Below are positions 49,309-64,000 of a stretch of DNA of 64,000 nucleotides, in pieces (position 1 is the stretch's first letter; the number at the start of each line of letters is the position of its first letter). Under the pieces are notes generated by a model that was given only the letters and a program-made list of their open reading frames with translations, was not told the DNA's origin and did not search any database. Origin of the DNA: an uncultured delta proteobacterium (lineage in GTDB: Bacteria > Desulfobacterota > Binatia > UBA9968); contig CAVXEP010000015.1 of assembly GCA_963760795.1 (NCBI GenBank), positions 106,239 through 170,238 on the forward strand, read 5' to 3'. Both the position numbers and the translations under genes were made by a program.

Positions 49309-50691
49309 CTAACCCACAGGCTTCACCAACTGCCCGTCGCCCGGCTTGCCGGTGATCTTACCGTCGAGCATCACAGTCTTGCCGCGCAGGATCGTGCGGA
49401 TCGGCACACCTTTGACCTTGCGTTCGTTATACGGTGTCCAGCCGACTTTGGTGTAAGTGGTCTCGTTGGAGATCACTGCCTCTTTGTTCATGTCGACGAT
49501 CACCATGTCGGCGTCGGAACCCGGCAGGAGCACGCCCTTCTTTGGGTAGATGTTAAAAACCTTGGCCGGGTTGAACGACGAGATGCGCACCAAGCGATCG
49601 AGCGACAGCTTGTCTTGGTTCACAGCGTCGAGGAACAAACTCAGGTAATCTTGGATCTGCGGTTCGCCGCCGGGGCAGCTCCACATATCGGTCCAGCCGC
49701 GGTCTTTTTCCTCCTTGGTATGGGGCGCGTGATCGGTGCCGATCATGTCGATGGTGCCGTCGTTGATCGCGTCCCACAGTCCGTTGACATGGGCCGGCGG
49801 CACCCAGAAACCTAAACAGTAGGGCCCCATCTTCTCGACATTCTCCCAGGTGCCCAGAAACATCGCCCAAGGATTCACCTCGCAGCTGCACGGCCGGCCT
49901 TCGTCTTTGGCGCGGCGCAGCATGGCGATGCCTTCCGGCGTGGTCATGTGGAGAATATGCAGCGGCGTGCCGAGGGCTTTTTGCATGCGAAACAACGTCG
50001 CCATCGCCGTGTCCCAAATGATGCCGTCGTAGTCGCGATAAGCTTTGGCGTAGGCCTGCGGGCTGCGGTCTTCTTTCTTCCAGTAGCGCCCTTCGATCTC
50101 GTCCATTAAATCTTGATCGTGCGGATGCACCATCAGCGGCAGGCCGGTGCTGCCGACGGTTTCGAAGCATTTGAACAGTTCGCCGTTATTGTTGATGCCG
50201 ATGCCGGGCATATGCGGATAGTCGCGGCCGGTGTCTTTGACCATGAAGATTTTGAACGCCAGCGGTCCTTCCTTGGCCAGCCCCGGGATTTCCTCGGGCA
50301 CCGTGCCGGAGGGATTGTGGTTGAAATCGACAATCGCATTCTTGCTATGATGTTGCACCAACGCGCGGTAGCGCTCCACCGTGGTGGTCGGTGGATTGAC
50401 GTTGGGCATACCGATGGACGTGGTCACGCCGCCGGCGGCCGCGGCCATGGTCGCGGTAGTAATGTCTTCTTTATGAGTAAAACCGGGATCGCGATGATGA
50501 GTGTGGGTATCGACCAAGCCGGGGATGATTTTCTTGCCCTTGGCATCGATCACTTGGTCGGCCGTGTCCGGCAGCACCGGCGACTTGCCAAGCGCGATGA
50601 TCTTGCCGTCGTTCACCGCGATATCGGCGTCGATGAAACCGCCCGGCGTCCACACTGCGCCATTTTTAACCAGCAAATCCAGCTTAGCCAT
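49309..50691 (-). CDS. Dihydroorotase/allantoinase-family cyclic amidohydrolase
   Basis: PGLVDTHTHHRDPG..KED, AAAGGVTT..MPN, AFKIFM, GTDHAPH, KKG.L.PGSDAD. Confidence 0.92.
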   Translation of the reverse strand: MAKLDLLVKNGAVWTPGGFIDADIAVNDGKIIALGKSPVLPDTADQVIDAKGKKIIPGLVDTHTHHRDPGFTHKEDITTATMAAAAGGVTTSIGMPNVNPPTTTVERYRALVQHHSKNAIVDFNHNPSGTVPEEIPGLAKEGPLAFKIFMVKDTGRDYPHMPGIGINNNGELFKCFETVGSTGLPLMVHPHDQDLMDEIEGRYWKKEDRSPQAYAKAYRDYDGIIWDTAMATLFRMQKALGTPLHILHMTTPEGIAMLRRAKDEGRPCSCEVNPWAMFLGTWENVEKMGPYCLGFWVPPAHVNGLWDAINDGTIDMIGTDHAPHTKEEKDRGWTDMWSCPGGEPQIQDYLSLFLDAVNQDKLSLDRLVRISSFNPAKVFNIYPKKGVLLPGSDADMVIVDMNKEAVISNETTYTKVGWTPYNERKVKGVPIRTILRGKTVMLDGKITGKPGDGQLVKPVG

Positions 50692-51070
50692 GAACTTAAA
50701 TTCTCCCTTCGCCGATTGTGAGAAATCTTTTATATGATCGGTGCTTGACGGAGTCAAATCACGATCTGACTAAGCAAGTTAGGTTCTTCAGGCTTTAGTG
50801 TGAATAATGTGCCGCGTTCAGGTTGTTTTGTTCACCACGAATTGCCCGAAGGACACGAAGGTTCCGGCTAATCAACACTCCGAACTTCGTGCTCGTTGCC
50901 TGTGGTGAGCGTAGTCGAACCATGTCCTTCGTGGTGAAAACATCTTCACAGTAAAACGCGGAAGAACCGCAAGTTAAGCGCATCAAACTTAGCTTGACTC
51001 ACTAGGTTAAATCTGAAAATATCGCTGCGCTTCGCCGACCGTCGACCGCAGGAAGCCAAGGAGAAATTCC

Positions 51071-52079
51071 ATGCTAGCCATTTATCTCGTGCTGTTCGCG
51101 TTTCTCAGTGTGCCGTTAACCGCGACCGCGCTGTTTGCCCAAAGCGCCCAACTTATAGAAGCCGCCAAGAAGGACGGCAAAGCGGTGATCTACGGCTCAC
51201 TGGAATCCGACACCATGGATGTCATCGTCCAAGGCTTCAAGAAAAAGACCGGCATCGACGCCGAGTATTGGCGCGCGTCGGCGACCAAAGTGATGGACCG
51301 CGCCATGACCGAGTTTCGCGCCGGCAAACCGGCCGCCGACGCCATCGTCGCCGCCGATAACGTCATGCGCCTGATGCACAAGGAAGGCTTCTTTCAGAAG
51401 TACGATTCGCCGACCAACAGCGATTATCCCAAGGATGTCCTCGATCCAAACTTAGGACCGCGCTACCGCAATGTCGTCGTCGGCGTGGTCTATAATAAAT
51501 CGGCGCTCAAGCCGAACGAATACCCCAAATCGCTGGAGGATCTCGCCAAGCCGCTATACAAAGGCAAGATCGTCATGCCCGACCCGACCCAGCATACGAC
51601 GACGACCCAGTGGCTGGCGAGTCTGTATAAAATCATGGGTAAGGAGAAGGCCGAAAAGTTCATGCGCGACCTCGCCGCCAATAAACCGGTCTGGGTCGAA
51701 TCGCTCTTGCCGTCGGCGGAACGGGTTGCCAGCGGCGAGTCCCCCGTCGCCATCACCTATATAAAATACGCCTACATCCACGGCAAGAAAGGCGCGCCGG
51801 TGGATTATGTCAGAGACGCAAAACTGATCGGCGATGCCAGTTACATCACGCTGGCTAGCAAAGCGCCCCATGCGAATGCCGGCAAAGCCTTCATCGATTA
51901 CTTTCTCGGCGACGAGAGCATGAACCTGATGGCCAAGCTCGGCGAGTTTGTCAATCGCAAAGGCATACTGCCGCCATTGGCCGGCGCCGACAAGCTCGGC
52001 TTCGTCGAGATGGACGATCTCAGCACCAAAGATTTCGCCGAGAAGAAAAAAGAATACACTCAAATATTTCCTGCGCTAA
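51071..52079 (+). CDS. Fe3+/polyamine-type solute-binding protein (true stop probably at 52077-52079 after correcting one indel)
   Basis: LIEAAKKDGKAVIYGS, PKSLEDL, APHANAGKAFIDY; caaatatttcctgcgctaa reads QIFLR* when one T is removed. Confidence 0.85.
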
Positions 52080-52090
52080 GCGTGTATCCC

Positions 52091-53849
52091 GTGTCCACTC
52101 CTGAAACCACTCTCAGCACCCCAGCGCCGCGCACCTCTGCCTGGAGCCGGTCGCGCATCGGCGTCTTTCTCAGCCAACCGGTCAGTTGGGTGTTTCTCAT
52201 CGTCGGCGCCATCATCGCCTTTCTCAGTCTCTATCCGACCTACTTCTTGTTCTACGGCAGCCTGACCGACGCGCCGCTCGGGCTGCCGGGAAAGTTTACG
52301 CTGCAGAATTACGTGCGCGCCTACAGCGATCCCGAAGCCTATTCGCTGATGTTGAACTCGTTTATCTTCGGCATCGGCTCCTCGGGGCTGTCGGTTCTCT
52401 TTGCCCTGGCGCTGGCATGGATCACCATTCGCACCGACGCGCCGTTGCGCCGTTTGTTCGAATTGACCGCGATCATTCCGAATATTCTGCCGCCGATTCT
52501 GGTATCGATCTCCTGGGTCATGTTGCTCAATCCGAGCAACGGCCTGATCAACGGTCTGTTCGTGAAGATTTTCGGCATGGAGAAGGGGCCGTTTAACATT
52601 TACTCCATGGCCGGGCTGATTTACGTCGAAGCGCTGATCCTGACGCCGCTGGCGTTTTTGATCGTCGCCGCCGCCATGAAGAGCATGGACCCTTCGCTCG
52701 AGGAATCGGCGAAGACGCTCGGCTCAGGCGAATTCGGCGTCATGCGGCGGATTACGTTTCCATTGATACGCCCGGCGATTCTCGCCGCCGGGACTTTGAA
52801 CTTTGTCCGCGCCATCGAAAGTTTCGACACCCCGGCGATCATCGCCCTGCCGGCGCGCATCGAAGTGTTCACGACGAAAATCTGGCGCGAAGCGCTCGGC
52901 TCGTTTCCGACCAATCATAACCTCGCCGCCGCCTACGGCGTCGGCATCCTCGCCATCGCGCTGGTGTTCGTCTATCTCTATCGCCGCTTTACTTCGCAGG
53001 TCGAGAGTTTTTCCACCGTCACGGGCAAGGGCTTTCGGCCGCATCAAATCGAGCTCGGTCGTTGGCGTTATGCCGCATCGGGTGTGGCCTTTTTGCTGCT
53101 TGTCATGCTGGTCGTGTTGCCGATCTTGGTTTTGTTACTGGTCGCGATCCTGCCCTACTACCATGTGCCCACTTGGCAGACCTGGCAGAATCTGACGATG
53201 TCGCATTTTCAGTATGTCTGGGCTACGCCGCGAGTGCACAAGGCGTTCATCAATAGTCTCATCCTCGCTCTGGTCGGCGCCACGCTGTGCATGCTGCTCG
53301 CCTCCTTAGCCGCTTACATTACCGTTAGAACCAAAATCGCCGGTCGCGGCCTGATCGAAGGTTTGGTTTTCATCCCCTGGGCTTTTCCCGGTACGGCGAT
53401 GGCGTTAGGGCTCTTGTGGGCCTATGTCGATTTCCCGATTCCTGTCTACGCGACCATTTGGATTATTCTGATCGCCTACGTCACGCGCTTTTTGCCCTAC
53501 GGTCTGCAGAGCGGTCACCAGCACGATCATTCAAGTGCACAAAGAATTGGAGGAAGCCTCCATCGTCTGCGGCGCCGGCTTTTTGGCCACCTTCCGGCGC
53601 ATCCTGGTGCCGATGATGCGTCCCGGCGTCATGGCCGGCTGGATTATTCTCGTGACCATCTTCATGCGCGAGTTCAGCGCAACCTTGTTCTTGTACAGCC
53701 CCGGCGCCGAACCGCTCGGACCGCTGCTTTATTTTCTCTATCTCGACGGCATGCGCGGCCGGGTCGCGGCCATCGGCTTGGTGATTTCATTGATCTCGGT
53801 CATCTTAATCGCCATCGCGCAACGCTACTCGCGCTGGGATACGCATTGA
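52091..53849 (+). CDS. FbpB-type ABC permease with two membrane modules (frameshift near 53508)
   Basis: Two EAA loops (MDPSLEESAKTLG and HKELEEASIVCGA). Confidence 0.9.
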
Positions 53850-53918
53850 CGTCGAGGATCGAGGATGGAGAATCGAGGATGGCGTCGATCCTCGATCTTC
53901 GATCCTCCATCATCGACC
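53850..53918. repeat. Inverted heptamer-repeat element (GAGGATS / SATCCTC)
   Basis: gaggatcgaggatggagaatcgaggatgg-cg-tcgatcctcgatcttcgatcctccatc; second copy at 55276-55368, so the pair brackets the 54277-55270 gene. Confidence 0.85.
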
Positions 53919-54276
53919 TGAAATAGAAGCTTCTTGCGGGTTTACGGTAAAAAAGGTTATCACCACGAAGCGAAGCAACGAGTCTCAGCCTACGTCCACA
54001 GAATATGAAAAGGATTCGGAAATTCCAACCACAAAGAGCTCAAATGGGCGCAAAATACATTCCAAGAGGAAATCCGAGCGTAGGGGCGTATGGATACCCG
54101 CCCTGCGGGTCGGTGGAGCACGAAGTTCAGTGTGTTAGTATCCGAAACCTTCGTGTTCGGAGCCGGTTCGGAGTATATTCGAATTGGCGTGATCTTCGTG
54201 GTGAACAAAACGATCTGAACGACACACATGATCCACAGAAATGGCTGATGAGCCAATTAGAAAGGGAGAGATTTAA

Positions 54277-55270
54277 GTGGAAAAATTATTTCTTAACCGT
54301 CGCCTGCGGTGACTATGATCGAACCAAACCTTTACAGGATGGCTCGGTGGAGCCGGAGGGAATCAAACTAAATTACATACCGATGCAGTCGGAAGAAATC
54401 TTTTGGCGCATGGGACATTACCGAGAATTCGATGTCTCGGAAATGTCGCTTTCCGCCCATGTCACGATGATCGGTCAAGGCGACTCTCCCTTCGTGGGTA
54501 TTCCAATATTTCCCTCGCGATACTTTAGGCATTCTTCAGTCTACTACAATGTCGAATCGGGCATAAAAAAACCCGAAGACTTCAAAGGCAAAAAAGTCGG
54601 CACGCCGGAGTATGCTATGACAGCAGGTGTCTGGATTCGCGGCTTTTTTAGCGATGACTACGGCGTAAGAGCGCAGGATATGAAATGGTTTCTTGGCGGA
54701 CAGGCCGATCCCGGCCGAAAAGAACGAGTCAAGCTTGAGCTTCCGCCGGACATCAATATCCAGTCCATTGCCGATGATAAAACGCTCAACGGCATGCTCG
54801 AGAGCGGAGAAATTGACGCGCTAATTTCCGCCCGCAGTCCGTCTTCCCTCGGCAATGGGTCGGGAAAGGTGCGGCGCCTGTTTCCCAACTACAAGGAAGT
54901 GGAAATCGAATATTACAAGCACACGAAAATATTTCCCATCATGCACATCGTGGTGATTCGCAAAGATGTGTATGAACGCCACCCGTGGGTCGCGCGCAGT
55001 CTGTTCAAAGCTTTCTGCGACGCCAAGAACCGCGCCATTGAAACCATGCATATCTCCAACGCCCACGCCTACGCGCTGCCTTGGCTGTCGTGGGAACGGG
55101 AGCAGCTCAGAGAAATCTTCGGTCCTGATTGGTGGCCCTATGGCATCGAGCCCAACCGCCACGTGCTCGAATCTTTACTCCGCTACATGACCGAGCAGGG
55201 CCTTTTGAAACGCCCGCTGAAAGTGGAGGATATTTTCGCGCCGAGCGCTGTGGGAGAGTTCAAACTGTAG
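54277..55270 (+). CDS. 4,5-dihydroxyphthalate decarboxylase-like (Pht5/OphC-type, SBP-fold) protein
   Basis: LTVACGDYDRT, EFDVSEMSLS, PIFPSRYFRHS, PEYAMTA.VWIRG, IFPIMH, WWPYGIEPNR; GTG start after a GGAG RBS needs one indel correction. Confidence 0.85.
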
Positions 55271-55374
55271 GAACTGATGATCGAAGATTGAGGATGGAGG
55301 ATCGACAATAGAAGATTGCGTTGCCGAATCGATTTTCCATCTTCCATCCTCGATCCTCCATCCTCGGATTTTCC

Positions 55375-55799
55375 ATGCGTCTCACACCTCGTGCCTCACG
55401 CCTGATTCGCTCCGCCCGCATCGGCGCACCTGGCGACATCGGACAAATCCGGCCAGCCCCATGTCATCCCGATCTGCTTCGTCTGCGACGGCAAGTGTTT
55501 TTACTCGCCCATCGACGAGAAGCCGAAGCGGACAGTACCCAGCAAACTAAAACGGCTGAAGAATATCCGCGAGAATCCCAAGGTCTCCCTGGTCATCGAC
55601 CATTACGACGAAGATTGGCGCAAGCTCGCCTACGTTTTGGTATTCGGCAAAGCGCGGATCGTACAAAGCGGCGAGAAACATCGAAGCGCGGTTCAGCTGT
55701 TGCGCAAGAAATATCCTCAGTATCGATCCATGGCGATCCATGAGCGGCCAATGATCGCGATTACGGCGAATCGAGATCGTGAGCTGGGGTCAGCCATAA
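55375..55799 (+). CDS. PPOX-class probable F420-dependent oxidoreductase (Rv0121-like; frameshifted)
   Basis: Reconstructed: HLATSDKSGQPHVIPICF...PIDEKPK...LKRLKNIRENPKVSLVIDHYDEDWRKL...LLRKKYPQY. Confidence 0.85.
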
Positions 55800-55957
55800 A
55801 CGGATTTGGACTCGACTGGTAATCCAGAAGCTAGTGTCCTTACCAGAAACTATGATTGCTAAATTATTCATAACATCCCCCTGTGGAAACTGACCCAGCG
55901 TCACAACTTTTTGCTGGACACCGGAGCCACGACGGCAGATGGCTGCCTGTTATCGAT

Positions 55958-56100
55958 TCCCCCTTTGGAAAAGGGGGATCAAGGGGGATTTGTTTGTGCG
56001 GTGAGGCGGTTTTCTTCGTGCGCGTCACGCTGACCTGTGGGACGATAGGAGCAGCGAGTGAGCAAAAAATCTCCCCTGGCCCCTCTTTTCCAAAGAGGGG
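55958..56100. repeat. Inverted CCCCCTTT...AAAGGGGG repeat pair
   Basis: tccccctttggaaaagggggatcaagggggattt ... aaatctcccctggcccctcttttccaaagagggg. Confidence 0.8.
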
Positions 56101-56214
56101 TAACCGAGAACTTTGCTAGGTTTTGAGTGGTTGACCAGAATTTGTTGTGTGTCCCACACCCTCCCTGTTCGGACAGAACTCATGCGTCCAGATCAGCTTT
56201 CAAAGAGGAATGCG

Positions 56215-57564
56215 TTACTTGATGCCGAGAGTCTTGATCATGCGCAGAAAATATTTTTCGTGCAGTCCCAGGGCTTTAGCCGCGGCGGCGCGGTTGCCGT
56301 GCGATTGCGCCAACGCCTGGGCCACTAACGTCCGTCGCCTCGACTCCATCGCTTCGCGGTAGCTGAGGTTGTCATTCCGAGCAAGCGGCTCTACGGCAGC
56401 GATGCGGTTCGGCAGATCTTTGACTGGCAAGCGTCGGACCGTGGCCCAAAACCACGGCGCGCTCGATCACGTTGGCAAGTTCCCGGACATTTCCCGGCCA
56501 GTGATAGCCGGTCAGTCTTGCCAATGCGTCGTCCGCCAAAGCCGTAAACTGTTTCTTCGACTCCGCGGCAAAGCGTCGGAGGAAATGCTCCGCCAATGGG
56601 CCAATGTCCTCGGCTCTTTCACGCAGCGGCGGCAGCGTGATCGGGATGACATTGAGCCGATGGTAGAGATCTTCGCGGAAGCGGTTTTCTTTGACGGCGC
56701 TCTCGAGATCGCGGTTGGTCGCGGCGACGATTCTCACATCGACGCGGATCGGGTCGCGCCCGCCGACCCGGTCGAATTCCCGCTCCTGGAGAAAGCGCAA
56801 CAGCTTGGTCTGCAGCTCCGCCGACATATCGCCGATCTCGTCGAGGAAAACCGTGCCGCCGTTGGCCAGCTCCAGCTTGCCTTTCTTGAGCTGGTCGGCG
56901 CCGGTGAACGCGCCCTTCTCGTGGCCGAACAGTTCGCTTTCCAACAATTCTTTCGCCAAGCCGACGCAGTTGATCGCGACAAATGGCTGGCTTCTGCGCT
57001 CGCTCCAGTGGTGGATCGCCCGGGCGAATATTTCCTTGCCGGTGCCGCTTTCGCCCAACAGCAACACGGTGGCGCTGCTCGCCGCCGCCTTGCGCGCTGT
57101 ATCGACCGCTTCGGCCATTGGTTTACTCTCGCCGATGATCAACCGATGGCGATTATCGGTTTCTGCCGCGAGCAGTTCCCAGCTCCGTTTCAGCGCTTCG
57201 CTTTCCAGCGCCTTGCGCACGACGATCTCGAAGTGATTGGCGTCGAGCGGCTTGGTGATGAAGTCATAGGCGCCTTCTTTCATCGCCGCCACCGCGCTTT
57301 CGATGGAACCATGGGCAGTGATGACAACGACGGGAAACGCCGTCCCGGCGGTGCGCAAGTGGCGCAGCACGTCGATGCCGCCCATTTTGGGCATCTGCAA
57401 GTCCAACAACATCAAAGCCGGCTCATGCTTCTTGATCTCCGCCAGCGCCTCCTGGCCGTCGGCGGCCAAGGCGACCTCGCATCCCAACGCCCGCAAACGC
57501 ACCTGCAACAGCCGCCGCGCCGGCGCGTCGTCGTCGACGATCAGCACGCGCGCTCCGGTGTCAT
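56215..57564 (-). CDS. Sigma-54-dependent response regulator (NtrC family: REC-AAA-HTH; frameshifted)
   Basis: LIVDD, LLDLQMP, GESGTGKE, ESELFGHEKGAFTGA, FLDEIG, WPGNVREL, C-terminal GNRAAAAKALGL; GGAGG RBS before ATG 57564. Confidence 0.94.
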
Positions 57565-57768
57565 CTTCCCAGCCTCCACGACGTAGGTTTCCTCTCACTT
57601 TGACTCTTGCAGGTTTACTGTGGGGGAGGTTTTCACCACGAAGGCACGAAGGACACGAAGGTTCGGATGATTAAAGTTCCGAACTTCGTGCTCTTCGTGT
57701 CCTTCGTGGTGAACAAACCGCTCAAGTTCGCCTGTGCATATTATTCGACAACCTAGCCAGGAACGGTC

Positions 57769-58137
57769 TCACTTTAGATGCCGGCTGATCTCGGCGAGAA
57801 AGATCGTCTTGTCGATGGGCTTGGTGACGTAGCCGCTGCAGCCGGCGGCCAGCGCCTTATCGCGGTCTCCCGCCATGGCGTACGATGTCACGGCGATCAC
57901 CGGAATTTCCGCCGTCGCCGGTTCGGCCCTTAACTTGGTCGTCGCCTCCAGTCCATCCATTCCCGGCAGCTGGATGTCCATGACGATGAGATCGAACTGC
58001 TCCGTCTTAAGAATCTCGAACGCCTCCAGCGCGCTGGTCGCCTCGCGCACCTGATAGCCCTGCGAGCGCAGCAGAAAGATCGCCAGCCGCCGATTCACCG
58101 GATTATCTTCAACCAGCAGTATTTTTTCGCCAGCCAC
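57769..58137 (-). CDS. Single-domain response regulator (DivK/CheY-like)
   Basis: ILLVEDN, MDIQLPGMDG, AVTSYAMAGD, YVTKPID. Confidence 0.93.
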   Translation of the reverse strand: MAGEKILLVEDNPVNRRLAIFLLRSQGYQVREATSALEAFEILKTEQFDLIVMDIQLPGMDGLEATTKLRAEPATAEIPVIAVTSYAMAGDRDKALAAGCSGYVTKPIDKTIFLAEISRHLK

Positions 58138-58150
58138 ATTAGCACCTATC

Positions 58151-58346
58151 TTAGATTTTGGATTTTCGATTTTGGATTCCAGGAAAAGATCACGCGATCC
58201 AATTCGTTCATCGCGCCAAGTCGCTATGACGCTAAGAAAACTCGACGAACAAAACCCATTGACGAATCCTCCGAGCTTTGCGCCTTTGGGGCGAGTAATG
58301 ATTTCCCGCTTTCCCCAATCCAAAATCCAAAATCGCAAATCCAAAA

Positions 58347-58348
<2 letters not shown>
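58151..58348. repeat. Inverted heptamer element enclosing a second palindrome
   Basis: ttagattttggattttcgattttggatt [tcgcgccaagtcgctatgacgctaag...ctttgcgcctttggggcga] aatccaaaatccaaaatcgcaaatccaaaat. Confidence 0.8.

Positions 58349-64000
<5,652 letters not shown>

Noticed and set aside
51071-53926. 951-aa SBP-permease fusion in the ORF track
   Set aside because: Removing one T near 52068 gives a normal SBP stop at 52077-52079 and a separate permease starting at GTG 52091.
11023-57564. Many frameshifts suggesting mass pseudogenisation or programmed frameshifting
   Set aside because: They also hit housekeeping genes (fabI, lnt, rsmE), often at short homopolymers, with otherwise intact sequence. 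Long-read assembly error is the simplest explanation.
27304-57712. CRISPR array made of CACGAAG repeats
   Set aside because: The copies are dispersed palindromes, not regularly spaced direct repeats with unique spacers, and no cas genes are present.

Overview
GC-rich bacterial chromosome segment. The many NMT1/SsuA-type and Fe3+-type solute-binding proteins, UbiD, LLM, VOC, M24 and amidohydrolase paralogues and multi-GAF kinases are reminiscent of Candidatus Binatota; this taxonomy is an inference. The assembly is indel-prone: even fabI, lnt and rsmE are frameshifted, so most frameshifts are treated as sequencing errors. Most of the window encodes ABC import and catabolism of aromatic or heterocyclic compounds plus housekeeping genes (fabI, pduO, lnt, nth, gshB, rsmE, prmA, tRNA-Phe). 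Almost every intergenic gap holds palindromic tandem-repeat or REP-like elements, several of them nested. Main highlights: (1) a sigma-54 promoter ahead of four microprotein ORFs, the first (absent from the ORF track) carrying a eukaryote-spaced C2H2 zinc finger (38962-39991); (2) a ~1.9 kb tRNA-Phe-integrated element made only of an autoregulated antitoxin-RelE-integrase operon (41066-43008); (3) a giant histidine kinase in which near-identical and divergent GAF domains alternate with a ~1.02 kb period (58347-64000); (4) a ~155 nt structured non-coding RNA candidate (36870-37023); (5) two M24-fold enzymes whose metal site is replaced in the same way in both.
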